DNA of 64,000 nucleotides from Bacilli bacterium. GTDB taxonomy: Bacteria > Bacillota_I > Bacilli_A > RF39 > UBA660. Position numbers and translations under genes: made by a program. The notes under the pieces were generated by a model that was given only the letters and a program-made list of their open reading frames with translations, was not told the origin of the DNA and searched no databases. Below are positions 17,636 to 27,758 of this stretch, one piece after another (positions within the stretch are counted from its first letter, which is position 1; each line of letters opens with the position of its first letter). The stretch spans positions 410 to 64,409 of the forward strand of contig CAADYO010000001.1 of assembly GCA_900753325.1 (NCBI GenBank), in the 5' to 3' direction.

Positions 17636-19699
17636 CTAAACTCCCTCTTTCTTGACATTTTTATTTCTTAAAACTATCTTATCAAACATCATTAATAATG
17701 TTGGTAAGATAAATATTACTGATACCATACTTATTATTGAACCACGTGCTAATAAGTTGCAAATTGAACCAATCATATCGATTTTTGTATAAAAACCTAC
17801 ACTTGCTGTTGCAGCAAAGAAGCATAAAGCTGAAGTTATAATTGATGGAATTGTAAATTGTAATGTTTCTTCCATACATTTTTTCTTATTGGCACTCTTT
17901 TGTCTTTTTTCAATATATGTTGTTGACATAAGAATGGCATAATCAATTGTTGCTCCTAACTGAATTGTACCAACGACAATTGACGCTATAAATGGTAGAG
18001 ATGTGCCGGTATAGTATGCAATTGCCATATTTATAAAAATAGCAAACTCAATTACTAAACTTAAAATTATTGGCAAACTTAATGATTTTAATACTAATAC
18101 CATAATTACAAATATTACAGCTAATGATGTATAATTAACCATTTTGAAATCATGATCAGCTATGTTTATAAGGTCTTTCATTAGGGCACCTTCACCAGCT
18201 ACGATAGCTTTCTTATCATATTTATGAACTATTTTATTTATTGTAGTTATTTGATCATTTAATTTATCTGATGCTATTTCGTATGTTGAATTAGTTAAAA
18301 TCAATTGATATTTATCATTATTAAATAAATCTTGTAATTCATCTGGTAATATTGTTTCTAATCCATTATTGATTATTTCACTTGGTGCTAGTACTAAGTC
18401 TATTCCTTTTACATTCTTTAATTCATCGGTTAACTCGTCTACTTCACTACTTGAGACATCCTTATCTAGAATAATTATTTCTGGAGATGTAATATTAAAC
18501 TTTTTAGCTAAATTTGAATTAGCTACGTTAAATGCTAAATCTTTTGGTAGGGAGTCATCTAGTTTGTAATATACATCATAATGACTGTTTCCATAATATG
18601 CAGGTATCATTAAGATGATGAATATAATTAGAATTGCTTTAGACTTTGATGTAATAAATTTTGGTAATTTTTTAAATTCTGGTAATAATATTTTGTGTTT
18701 TGTTTTATCAATTTGCTTATCAAAAATAAGTAAGAATGCTGGGAATATTGTGACAACAGTTAATAGTCCAAATAGAACACCTTTTGCCATAACAAGTCCA
18801 ATATCTTTTCCTAATAATAAGTCCATTGTACATAAAGCTAAGAAACCTGCAAATGTAGTTAATGATGAACCTAATATTGATTTAAATGTTTGTACTATGG
18901 CATCTGACATAGCTTTTTTCTTATCTTTGATTTTCTTTTTAGAATCTTCATACTTGTGATATAAGAAGATTGAAAAGTCTGTTGTTACACCAAGTTGTAA
19001 TACTGCAGAAATTGATTTTGTAATATAACTTATATCTCCTAGGAAGTAGTTACTTCCCATGTTGTAGATTATAGCTATACCAATGTTACCTAAAAGTAAG
19101 AATGGTATGATGTATGAATCTGTTGTTAGTAATAGAATTATTAAACAGAATAATACGGCTATAGCTACATAAGCTACGATTTCTTGGTTTGATAAGTCCA
19201 TTGTATCAATTACCATTGCGGTCATACTACTAACTCTTGTTGCGTCACTTACTGTTTCACGTAATTCCCTTACGGCTGTTATGGTTGAATCTTCAGATGT
19301 TGAGCCATCAAAGGTAACAAAGATTATTGTTTCGTTATCAGAATATAGTTTATCTTTTACCTCATCTGGTAGCATCTCATATGGAATTGTTGTATCAATT
19401 ACGTCTGCTACACTGTATACTGCATTGACATTTTTTATGCCTTTTATTTTATCCTCTAAGTTAAGGATATATTTTGATGACTTATTATCGACCATAACAA
19501 AGGCATATGAACCTAGACCGAAGTCATCTGTTAGTATGTTTTCGCCTTTAATAGTCTCAATACTATCTGGTAAATATACTAAAATATCATAATTTACTCT
19601 GGTGTTTATATAACCGAATACGGAAACTATCAAAAGAATAAAACTTACTATAAGGATTAAAATACCATTATTTGTTATTTTATCCGCTATTCTTTTCAT
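17636..19699 (-). CDS. MMPL/RND-superfamily membrane transporter
   Basis: 687 aa built as two TM bundles, each preceded by a large soluble loop, which is the typical MMPL layout. It lies divergent from a TetR gene. Confidence 0.8.
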   Translation of the reverse strand: MKRIADKITNNGILILIVSFILLIVSVFGYINTRVNYDILVYLPDSIETIKGENILTDDFGLGSYAFVMVDNKSSKYILNLEDKIKGIKNVNAVYSVADVIDTTIPYEMLPDEVKDKLYSDNETIIFVTFDGSTSEDSTITAVRELRETVSDATRVSSMTAMVIDTMDLSNQEIVAYVAIAVLFCLIILLLTTDSYIIPFLLLGNIGIAIIYNMGSNYFLGDISYITKSISAVLQLGVTTDFSIFLYHKYEDSKKKIKDKKKAMSDAIVQTFKSILGSSLTTFAGFLALCTMDLLLGKDIGLVMAKGVLFGLLTVVTIFPAFLLIFDKQIDKTKHKILLPEFKKLPKFITSKSKAILIIFIILMIPAYYGNSHYDVYYKLDDSLPKDLAFNVANSNLAKKFNITSPEIIILDKDVSSSEVDELTDELKNVKGIDLVLAPSEIINNGLETILPDELQDLFNNDKYQLILTNSTYEIASDKLNDQITTINKIVHKYDKKAIVAGEGALMKDLINIADHDFKMVNYTSLAVIFVIMVLVLKSLSLPIILSLVIEFAIFINMAIAYYTGTSLPFIASIVVGTIQLGATIDYAILMSTTYIEKRQKSANKKKCMEETLQFTIPSIITSALCFFAATASVGFYTKIDMIGSICNLLARGSIISMVSVIFILPTLLMMFDKIVLRNKNVKKEGV

Positions 19700-19812
19700 T
19701 GTTATTCCTCCCTCTTTGCATAATTAATTTTATGCATTATTATAAAAAAGTCCATTAAAGTATTTAGTTTTTCGTATGATAACCAACATTTGTATACTAA
19801 AAGTAGTACATT

Positions 19813-19833
19813 TAAACAACTTTGCGTTGTTTA
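19813..19833. promoter_or_regulatory. Candidate TetR operator (perfect 8-bp inverted repeat)
   Basis: TAAACAAC-TTTGC-GTTGTTTA in the divergent intergenic region. It abuts TTTACA-N16-TATAAT of the tetR-side promoter and overlaps TTGTTT-N17-TATACA on the MMPL side. Confidence 0.5.
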
Positions 19834-19883
19834 TCTTTACAAAAGAAGTTTTAGGTATATAATGTTAATTAGGTGATGGAAAA

Positions 19884-20450
19884 ATGGATAAAAAGGAAGA
19901 TTTACGAGTAATTAAAACAAAAAAGAGTTTATATGATGGTTTATTATTAATGATGAAGGACAAGCCTTTTGAAGATATTAAAGTTGCTGATATATGTCGT
20001 GTAGCTTTAACTAATAGATCTACTTTTTATGATCATTTTAATGATAAGTATGAACTTTTATATGCGTTAATGAAAGATATGGAACAAAATTTAATTACTA
20101 AATTACAAGATAATACAAATATTTCCAGTTCTAAAGAGTATTACATTAAAATGATTGAATTATTATTTGAACATATTAGTGAAAACATTTCAGTATATTC
20201 TTCTGTTGTAAAAAATAATAATAATAGTGTTGCTAACGACATGATTCGTGATACTTTACTTAAGGATGTTAGAAACCATATTGAGCAAGAACAAAACTAT
20301 AAAAGCGAGATACCAATAGAAGTTATTACAATGTTTTATGTTAGTGCTGTTATAAGTGTTTGCTCCATGTATATTCGTGAACCAAATAAGTATACCAAAA
20401 ATGATATTATTAATTATTTGGATAAACTTTTACCTGATAATTTATATTAA
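19884..20450 (+). CDS. TetR/AcrR-family transcriptional regulator
   Basis: N-terminal HTH IKVADICRVALTNRSTFYDHFNDKYELL; 188 aa. Confidence 0.85.
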   Translation: MDKKEDLRVIKTKKSLYDGLLLMMKDKPFEDIKVADICRVALTNRSTFYDHFNDKYELLYALMKDMEQNLITKLQDNTNISSSKEYYIKMIELLFEHISENISVYSSVVKNNNNSVANDMIRDTLLKDVRNHIEQEQNYKSEIPIEVITMFYVSAVISVCSMYIREPNKYTKNDIINYLDKLLPDNLY

Positions 20451-20457
20451 CTAAAAA

Positions 20458-20491
20458 GAAGGACATGAATTATTCATGTCCTTCTTTTTTT
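20458..20491 (+). terminator. Intrinsic terminator after the tetR-family gene
   Basis: GAAGGACATGAAT / ATTCATGTCCTTC 13-bp stem followed by a T7 run. Confidence 0.75.
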
Positions 20492-20492
20492 A

Positions 20493-20710
20493 TTTTAAAA
20501 TAGACAGTTACAATTATCAATAATGATATTATTCCTAGTACTACAGCGATAGTTGATGAAGTTTCTGGGTTTTGCTATATCTGGTGATTTTATCATGTCT
20601 TCTGTTACTTTTAAGTGAAGTATATATTCTATACAATTAGCTTTTTTATATAATTTTATTAAACTTTCACTAGTTAAATTCTTTGTAAAATATACTTTTG
20701 CTTTTTCTAT
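20493..20710 (-). pseudogene. Gene remnants: a DUF362-like N-terminal fragment with a lost start codon, plus a hydrophobic C-terminal anchor fragment
   Basis: The minus strand reads GGGGGAGG-N7-ATA GAA AAA GCA AAA GTA TAT TTT ACA = (I)EKAKVYFTKNLTSESLIKLY, with ATA where an ATG is expected. A second frame ends ...TSSTIAVVLGIISLLIIVTVYFKIKKEGHE. There is no intact ORF. Confidence 0.3.
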
Positions 20711-20754
20711 GTTTAAGCCTCCCCCATTTTTATTATAACAAAGAGTAAATAATT

Positions 20755-21056
20755 TTACTTATTTTTTTCTAAATAATTACAAACTTTAATGAAACAAGAT
20801 ATTTGATCTTCATTTAATTCTTTTGTTTCTACCATGTGTTTTAATTCATCCATAGAGAACCATTTAACTTCTGTTAATTCTTCCTCTTGAATTTTTATAT
20901 CATTTAAATCAAGATCTTTATTTACAAAATACATTTTATAGCAATCTTTTCCATCACAACCATTGGATAATATCCTTCTGGGACTTTTTCTACTTTGTGA
21001 TATGTTTTATCTGTTTTATTACTATTAATGTCATATAAGTCTCTTAGTTCTGCCAT
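20755..21056 (-). pseudogene. NUDIX hydrolase pseudogene (frameshift, Nudix box deleted)
   Basis: The N-piece MAELRDLYDINSNKTDKTYHKVEKVPEGYYPMVV (21056 down to a stop at 20922) and the C-piece ...IQEEELTEVKWFSMDELKHMVETKELNEDQ (20934..20755) are in different frames. The total is about 100 aa and no GX5EX7REUXEE box is present. Confidence 0.55.
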
Positions 21057-21069
21057 ATTATCACTCTTC

Positions 21070-23514
21070 TTAATCTAAATCTGTTCTTGCAAGGATTGCA
21101 GCAGGTCTTTTTCTTAATACTGCATACACTGGTATTAATCCTACTAATAAGTTAAATCCATAGCAGATAATTACAGCTTCAAGATATGTTTTTAAATTAA
21201 TCATTATAATTGTCTGCATTCCTGGTATAGATATCAATACTTTCATAATGTAGGCGCATAGGGAAATACCAATTAAACTTGTTAGTGTTGTTATTGCGAT
21301 GATTTCTCCTGAAAACATTATGTAAATATCTTTTTTCTTTACGCCAATTGCTCTATAAATTCCTACTTCTTTTACTCTTGATAAGAATGATGATCTACTC
21401 ATTAAGAAAATTTCTATTAGTGAGATACATAATATTATACCTGCACTAGCATATAAAACTGTTTTCCCTTTTGATTTTCCGGCAAGATATTCTTTCTTAT
21501 CTTTTTGATAATTATCATAGATATTTATTTCAAAATTATTTCTAAATTCATTTAATACTTGTTCTTTGTTTTCTGGATATACAGTTATTTTTTTAGCGGT
21601 TGTGATGAGTTTTGTTTTAATCGTGTTATTATTTACAAAATATATATTAATGTCATCTGGAGAAGTATAGTAACCAACGACCATTAATTTTCTACCAGCT
21701 ATTTTTACGTCGGACTCTTTATTTAATTTTAAAGTTTCTTCGTTAGAAATATTTACTATTGTTTCATAGTCATTTTCTGGAAGACGTCCTTTAACTAAAG
21801 TAATTTTATCTAAATATATATTATAGTCTTGTATACCTTCAGTTCTTATAGCATTAACATTATATGTAAAATCATCTGATTTTTCTTTATTGTTATATAA
21901 AATATTAATCATATTGCTATTATAAGTATAAATAGATGGACTAGTTAAATCTGATATACCAACTATTGTATATGGTTTAAGGGACTGAATATATACGGTT
22001 CTATTTAAGACGTCTTTTGCTTTTTTAAGTCCTAACATTTGGCTTGATCCGGATGATGAATTATACATTTTTTCAATAGTAAATTTATCAACGACGATTT
22101 CATTTTCATTTTCTGGCATTCTACCATAAATTAAATCTTTTTTACTAATCATATCAATTGATGAAAGTGAGCCAGTTAATTCTAGAGTTTTATCTGATGT
22201 TTGATAAAAGTCATTTATTGGCATGATAAATGATACTTTTGAACTATCCGGTAAGATGTATTTTACTCCGGTAATATTTTCATACTTTTGATATTCTTCA
22301 ATGCTTGGTTTATTTGTTTCTATTGTTAAATAATTTTTATTGGTAGAAACAAATTCTTTTTCCTCTACTCTTTTTGCAACGCCTAATGTACTTGTTGATA
22401 TCATAATAAATATTCCGGATAAGAAGAAGCCAATTAATAATATCTTTTTTATTAAAGAATAATTAAATACCTTAATGAACCCATTGGTAATAAATGTTAT
22501 AGGATTAAATATTGATGAATAACGTAATCTTTTATTTTTATCGACTATGTTATCAAAATCAAATTCGTATTTTTCAAGATCTTTTTTATCCATTTTATGA
22601 TATTTATCATTAATGAACTCTATGCTTGAATCATCGTCTACTACTTCTATGGAATTGTTATTTTTACTTTTTATGTAGATATTATTATTTTTAATGACAA
22701 TTTCTACCTTTAATTTTTCATTGGCATCATGATATATTTCTATATCGTTATTTTCATCATTATATGTATCACATTTTTTAAAGTCTTTTAAATAAAAACG
22801 ATTATCAATGGCGTAGTCTAATTCATTGGTATGAGTATTTTGATAGTCTTTAACGACTTTACCATCAGATATTTCTATTATTCTATCAGCATAAAAGTTA
22901 GCTAAATTTGTTTCGTGAGTTACTAATATTACTAATCTATCTTTAGAAATAGCTTTAATAATATTCATAATTTCAACGGAATTTTTACTATCAAGGTTTC
23001 CGGTTGGTTCGTCTGCTATGATGATATTAGGATTTTTTACAATGGCTCTTGCAATACCTACTCTTTGTCTTTCACCACCGGATAACATATTAGCTGGTCT
23101 TTTACGATAACGATACATTCCTACTTTTTCTAAGACATAAGTTACTCTTTTATCTATTTCTTTTTTGTCTTTAATACCTATTATTTTTAAACTTAAAGCA
23201 ACGTTATCATAAACTGATAAGTTTTCGACTAATTTATAGTCTTGAAAAATATAACCAATATTTAGGTTTCTTATTTTATCTACTTTATAACTAAATTTAC
23301 TAGTTATTTTTTGATTATTTATGTAAATTTTTCCTTTACCTACTTTATCAAGTCCACCAATGACATTTAAAAGAGTAGTTTTTCCAGAGCCTGATGGGCC
23401 AAGTAAAGCTGTTAGGCCAGTATCTTCTAGAGTTAGAGATGTATTATCAATTACATGTATTTGATTTTTTCGATGGCGATTAAAGTATTTATTTACTTTT
23501 TCTATTTTAATCAT
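21070..23514 (-). CDS. MacB-like ABC transporter, N-terminal ATPase fused to an FtsX-type permease
   Basis: Walker A GPSGSGKTTLLN, signature LSGGERQRVGIARA, Walker [13 protein letters not shown]. These are followed by TM1, a roughly 300-aa external domain and a C-terminal FtsX-like 3-TM bundle. Confidence 0.85.
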   Translation of the reverse strand: MIKIEKVNKYFNRHRKNQIHVIDNTSLTLEDTGLTALLGPSGSGKTTLLNVIGGLDKVGKGKIYINNQKITSKFSYKVDKIRNLNIGYIFQDYKLVENLSVYDNVALSLKIIGIKDKKEIDKRVTYVLEKVGMYRYRKRPANMLSGGERQRVGIARAIVKNPNIIIADEPTGNLDSKNSVEIMNIIKAISKDRLVILVTHETNLANFYADRIIEISDGKVVKDYQNTHTNELDYAIDNRFYLKDFKKCDTYNDENNDIEIYHDANEKLKVEIVIKNNNIYIKSKNNNSIEVVDDDSSIEFINDKYHKMDKKDLEKYEFDFDNIVDKNKRLRYSSIFNPITFITNGFIKVFNYSLIKKILLIGFFLSGIFIMISTSTLGVAKRVEEKEFVSTNKNYLTIETNKPSIEEYQKYENITGVKYILPDSSKVSFIMPINDFYQTSDKTLELTGSLSSIDMISKKDLIYGRMPENENEIVVDKFTIEKMYNSSSGSSQMLGLKKAKDVLNRTVYIQSLKPYTIVGISDLTSPSIYTYNSNMINILYNNKEKSDDFTYNVNAIRTEGIQDYNIYLDKITLVKGRLPENDYETIVNISNEETLKLNKESDVKIAGRKLMVVGYYTSPDDINIYFVNNNTIKTKLITTAKKITVYPENKEQVLNEFRNNFEINIYDNYQKDKKEYLAGKSKGKTVLYASAGIILCISLIEIFLMSRSSFLSRVKEVGIYRAIGVKKKDIYIMFSGEIIAITTLTSLIGISLCAYIMKVLISIPGMQTIIMINLKTYLEAVIICYGFNLLVGLIPVYAVLRKRPAAILARTDLD

Positions 23515-23516
23515 TA

Positions 23517-25751
23517 TTACACCTCTTCCCTGTATGAATTCATAACACTATTTTTAAATATTTTAGCAGCATACTTTTCACTTGTTAAAAATGATAAAAC
23601 AATTAGTATTATGTATAGTAATAAGTAATCTTTAAATATTAGAAAGTCGTTTATTGTATTGAAAAGATTATATGAAATTATATTTATTTTATTTAGATAT
23701 AAGCATCCCATAAATGAGAAATATGCAAGATTTGATATTATAAATAATTCTATTACTAATAGTTGTCTAGCTACTTTTTTAGATGAACCTAACATTCTAA
23801 TTGTTGTATAGTAGATATTTCTAGATTTTAATATTAGTTTGATGACAAAGTATGTTATAAAGAATAATGTTACTACTAGGATTATTGTTACTATTATTTT
23901 TAATATTCTTACTATAACAACAGTTTCTTGCTGAACTAAAACGTCTTTGATTGCTAGAGTATTATAATCTTTATTTAGAGCGTCAAGTGTTTCATCTATT
24001 ATTCTGGCATCTTTTACATAAACACTAACTTGGTAAGTTGCTTTATTATATAAGTTATTGTAATCATCTTTACTAATGAAAATAATACCGTTATAATTTT
24101 CAAAATCTTCTTTTTTATAATTTGGCAGGCTTAAAATCCTACTAATATTTTTTATATTGTAATATTTTTCTACTGATAAATTTAATGATTCTTGATAATA
24201 TAAATTGCTTACATTTATAGTTAATGGTTGATTAATGCAATTTTCTTTAGGACACGAATATTTATTATCTTCTGATATATAGGCTTTTCCTCTTGAAACC
24301 CAGGCATTTGGAACTATTTTGTAACTTGTATTCCAGGAATTTGATTGATGATTTTTTTCTAGAAATTTTACTATGCTAGTACTGTAGCTTTGATTTGCTT
24401 GGAATTGTAGTTCATTAAGTAATTGATCACTGAAATATAAGTAATATTTATAGTCATCAGTTGTTTTTGCGTATTTGATACCAACTATTTTTAATTTTTC
24501 AGCTATGTTATTTTCACCTGATGAATATTCATTTTCAATACTATAGGTTTTATTCATTACGGCTTCTTTAACACGTGATAAATAGTAGTCATCTTTTGGA
24601 CCTTCTACAACAATTTCATTATCATTTTCTGGAAGCCTTCCATAATCAAGTTTCCCTTTTAGTTGTTTTATACCTTTTGGTGTACCGGATATAACATATG
24701 ATTGATCTTCAGAATTTAGGGTAAAATATCTATCTGTAACAGCATCATTTCTCATTATGTTTGAAATATTACTCATTTTTGAAATTTTATTTAGTTCCTC
24801 ATCAGTAAATGGGCTTTTATCTTTCTTATTTATAATGATTCTTTCTTCACTTAAATCTTGAAAGATATAGTTATAACCTGCTTTGGAGTTTTCATATTCA
24901 CTTTTCTTGAATGATGAGTATTCTGCCATTAGTGAAACGACAATAAATAGATAGACAATTAGTAATAAAATAAATTTTGGTAAAACGTTGAAGGTATTTC
25001 TGATACCTAATCTTATTTTGTTAAAGAAAGTGATATTTTGATAGTTATTTTCAATACTTGGACCTTCTTTTACTTCTTTTATTTTCTTGTCTTCTAAAAT
25101 CTTACCATCATGCATAGTTATTTTTCTAGTGGCGTACTCACTTATTTGTTCATAGTTATGAGTAACAATTATAACGAGTTTATCTTTAGATAGTTCTTTT
25201 AAAAGTCTGATGATTGACTCTGCTGATCTTTTGTCTAAGTTACCAGTTGGTTCATCAGCTATGATTACTGGAACATCTTTGGCTAGAGCTCTTGCTATCG
25301 CAACGCGTTGTTTTTGTCCACCTGATAATTTTGATACTTTTGTTTTAGTAAATTTTTCAAGATTTACTTTTTTAATTAGTTCTAATACCTTTGGCCTTGC
25401 TTCTTTTTTAGTTAATCCATTTAAAATTAAGACTAATTCAATATTTTGATATACAGTATAACTATTAATTAGATTAAAGTTTTGATAGATATTACCAATG
25501 TATTTACGACGATAATCTTCCCAGTCTTTTTCCATGTAATGACTTGTTTCTTTACCATCAACATACATTTCGCCTTCTTCATAAGTGTCAAGCCCTGATA
25601 TTACATTTAATAAAGTTGATTTACCTGAACCGGACTCTCCAGTAATCGCAACAAATTCTCCTATGTTAAACTCTACATTTACTTTAGAAAATCCAGAGGC
25701 AATAACTCCTTTACTATAATAAAATTTTGAAACATTTTTTAACTTTATCAT
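23517..25751 (-). CDS. MacB-like ABC transporter, N-terminal ATPase fused to an FtsX-type permease (paralogue, first in the operon)
   Basis: Walker [13 protein letters not shown], signature [14 protein letters not shown], Walker [13 protein letters not shown]. Same TM1, large loop and FtsX-like C-terminus. A 2-nt gap separates it from the next gene. Confidence 0.85.
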   Translation of the reverse strand: MIKLKNVSKFYYSKGVIASGFSKVNVEFNIGEFVAITGESGSGKSTLLNVISGLDTYEEGEMYVDGKETSHYMEKDWEDYRRKYIGNIYQNFNLINSYTVYQNIELVLILNGLTKKEARPKVLELIKKVNLEKFTKTKVSKLSGGQKQRVAIARALAKDVPVIIADEPTGNLDKRSAESIIRLLKELSKDKLVIIVTHNYEQISEYATRKITMHDGKILEDKKIKEVKEGPSIENNYQNITFFNKIRLGIRNTFNVLPKFILLLIVYLFIVVSLMAEYSSFKKSEYENSKAGYNYIFQDLSEERIIINKKDKSPFTDEELNKISKMSNISNIMRNDAVTDRYFTLNSEDQSYVISGTPKGIKQLKGKLDYGRLPENDNEIVVEGPKDDYYLSRVKEAVMNKTYSIENEYSSGENNIAEKLKIVGIKYAKTTDDYKYYLYFSDQLLNELQFQANQSYSTSIVKFLEKNHQSNSWNTSYKIVPNAWVSRGKAYISEDNKYSCPKENCINQPLTINVSNLYYQESLNLSVEKYYNIKNISRILSLPNYKKEDFENYNGIIFISKDDYNNLYNKATYQVSVYVKDARIIDETLDALNKDYNTLAIKDVLVQQETVVIVRILKIIVTIILVVTLFFITYFVIKLILKSRNIYYTTIRMLGSSKKVARQLLVIELFIISNLAYFSFMGCLYLNKINIISYNLFNTINDFLIFKDYLLLYIILIVLSFLTSEKYAAKIFKNSVMNSYREEV

Positions 25752-25795
25752 ATATTGTTTCCTTTCTTTTTATTAAGATAATTATATGTATTTAC

Positions 25796-25830
25796 TTGGT
25801 TGCATTCTACCAACTTTACTTGGAATTTTG
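25796..25830 (-). promoter_or_regulatory. Conserved promoter/operator element, copy B (upstream of the MacB-like ABC pair)
   Basis: Plus-strand TTGGTTGCATTCTACCAACTTTACTTGGAATTTTG matches 15892..15926 at 32 of 35 positions. On the minus strand TAGAAT lies at 25804..25809, with TTACCA 19 nt upstream. Confidence 0.55.
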
Positions 25831-25841
25831 GTAAGTTTACT

Positions 25842-26468
25842 TTACATTTTAAGATAATTTAGCATTATTTGTAGTATTTCATTTTCATCTTTATTACATA
25901 TATTAATAACAGTAGCGTCTTTTGGCTTAACAAAGTTACTTGTTTTAATATCATATTCATCGCGACTAAGTAGTTCTTTTTTTACTTCTTTTAAAGAGAT
26001 GTCTGGTCTTTTTTTAGATAGAATTTTAGCGCGTGTATTTATATCGGCATAGAAATAGAATTTGAAATCAGCATCTGGCATTATTCTTTCAGCAATGTCT
26101 CGGCCTTCCATAATAATATTTTCATTTTCTTTTATAAAAGCCTTTTGATATTTCCGAATAAATTCTTTTACTACTTCAATGGCGGAATACTTTGTTACTG
26201 TTAAAGCTACTAGGTCTTGTTCAAGGACTTCGGTTACATCAAGATTATTCACATAATATCTATTGTTTTTTATAGATAACTTAGTTGTTTTTAATACTCT
26301 TTCTATTGACTTAATATCTTTTGGATCAACATTATTATTTATTAATTGGAGACCTACCATACGATATAAATTACCGGTATTAAAAACTTTGTAATTTAGT
26401 TTTTTAGCTAGTAACTTTGAACAGGCTGTTTTTCCTGTTGCAGAAAGGCCATCTATTGCTATTTTCAT
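25842..26468 (-). CDS. cmk: (d)CMP kinase
   Basis: IAIDGLSATGKTACSKLLAKKL P-loop region, GNLYR, and about 208 aa. Confidence 0.85.
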   Translation of the reverse strand: MKIAIDGLSATGKTACSKLLAKKLNYKVFNTGNLYRMVGLQLINNNVDPKDIKSIERVLKTTKLSIKNNRYYVNNLDVTEVLEQDLVALTVTKYSAIEVVKEFIRKYQKAFIKENENIIMEGRDIAERIMPDADFKFYFYADINTRAKILSKKRPDISLKEVKKELLSRDEYDIKTSNFVKPKDATVINICNKDENEILQIMLNYLKM

Positions 26469-26476
26469 ATTTCCTC

Positions 26477-27145
26477 CTAGATGTTTACTTTTTCTTTTAC
26501 TTCATTTTCTATAATCCATTTTATATCTTCTATAGATTTACCAATATTGAAACGACCATTACCGATTGGATAATATACTGAATAAGTTTTGTAGATTTTA
26601 TCATTTATCTTTAACGGATACATTTCTTTTCTAGATGTTGATACTGATATTTTTTGATTTAGGACAATACTACTTACTTGGTTGCCAAACAATATTATTA
26701 CTTTTGGATTTATTATTTCTATTTCTTTTAGTAATAAATCTAGGTATTCTTTATAGACTTTATCTGGTAATGGTCTAGCATCTATTTGAGTACATTTACC
26801 AAGATTTGTAATAAAAACTTCGTGTTTTTTAACATTATTGTATACTTCTTCAGCAAATTCTTCCGTCCATGATGATGCTGGCATTTTCTTGATAGTTTTA
26901 TATAACTCTTCATCAATTAAATTAACGGCTTCAAATAAGTCCCAAATATTTTTAGTACCAATCCAGGGTGACTTTAGTCCATGCCATGATTTAGAAGAGG
27001 CAATGTTTTTACCTGTTGGATTCATAAAAACAAAGCAAATGTCTGGATTGTTTTCACAGCCACCATTATAAATAGAATCTAAATCTTTTGACCCATACTT
27101 TAGTTGTAATTTGTCATATTCTTTATTTAAGTCTTTAAGTTTCAT
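26477..27145 (-). CDS. Uracil-DNA glycosylase superfamily protein
   Basis: ICFVFMNPTG sits in the position of UDG motif A, and the spacing of ITNLGKC and a late YYPIGNG also fits. Family-level guess only. Confidence 0.5.
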   Translation of the reverse strand: MKLKDLNKEYDKLQLKYGSKDLDSIYNGGCENNPDICFVFMNPTGKNIASSKSWHGLKSPWIGTKNIWDLFEAVNLIDEELYKTIKKMPASSWTEEFAEEVYNNVKKHEVFITNLGKCTQIDARPLPDKVYKEYLDLLLKEIEIINPKVIILFGNQVSSIVLNQKISVSTSRKEMYPLKINDKIYKTYSVYYPIGNGRFNIGKSIEDIKWIIENEVKEKVNI

Positions 27146-27207
27146 AACTCCTCCTATATGTTTATTTAATTATAAATTGTCCTTTTTTGTTTGTTCTACA
27201 AAAAATT

Positions 27208-27443
27208 CTATTTTGATTTTACATTTTTGTATTCAACGTCTACACGTATATAATATAGTCCTTTTTCTTGAAGACATGGCGTTATATCATTTATGAATTT
27301 GCCATCATACTTAACCTTTTCTGGTCTTCCATTTCTTCTTATGTATATTTTTTGCAAGTAATATCGTTTATTTTGACTTCGTGAAAATTGTTGTCAGTTT
27401 GACAGCCAACTTGTCTTTCTTTGTTATAATAAAATTTTTTCAT
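27208..27443 (-). pseudogene. Small ORF interrupted by a frameshift at an A/T homopolymer
   Basis: MKKFYYNKERQVGCQTDNNFHEVKINDITCKK then stops. The reading continues in another frame as IYIRRNGRPEKVKYDGKFINDITPCLQEKGLYYIRVDVEYKNVKSK. The switch lies at the T6 run 27348..27353. Confidence 0.35.
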
Positions 27444-27758
27444 ATTATCACCAGCAATTATTAACTACATATCTTGTGTTAATTATATCATGTATTATAT
27501 TAAATAGAAAGCACTTAAAATAAAAAGGACTTGATGTCCTTTTTATTTTACAATTGTAGCCGAAGATGCAAATTTTGTTGTTAGTGATATTAAGTTATTA
27601 GTTACTTTTTCTAATTCCTCATCTGTTGTTTCTTTGCTACCAATGATTAGATATAAGACGCTTTTAGAGTCACATTTCCGTCTACCTTATCTATAGCGTG
27701 AGCTCCTAAGCATAATTTTGATTCAATTGATAAGATGTTATAAATATCAACGACTTTA

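Noticed and set aside
27545-27758. A possible C-terminal gene fragment (...VLYLIIGSKETTDEELEKVTNNLISLTTKFASSATIVK) downstream of the P-type ATPase remnant.
   Set aside because: It has no start codon, no RBS and no recognisable family. It is probably another remnant, but this is unsupported.
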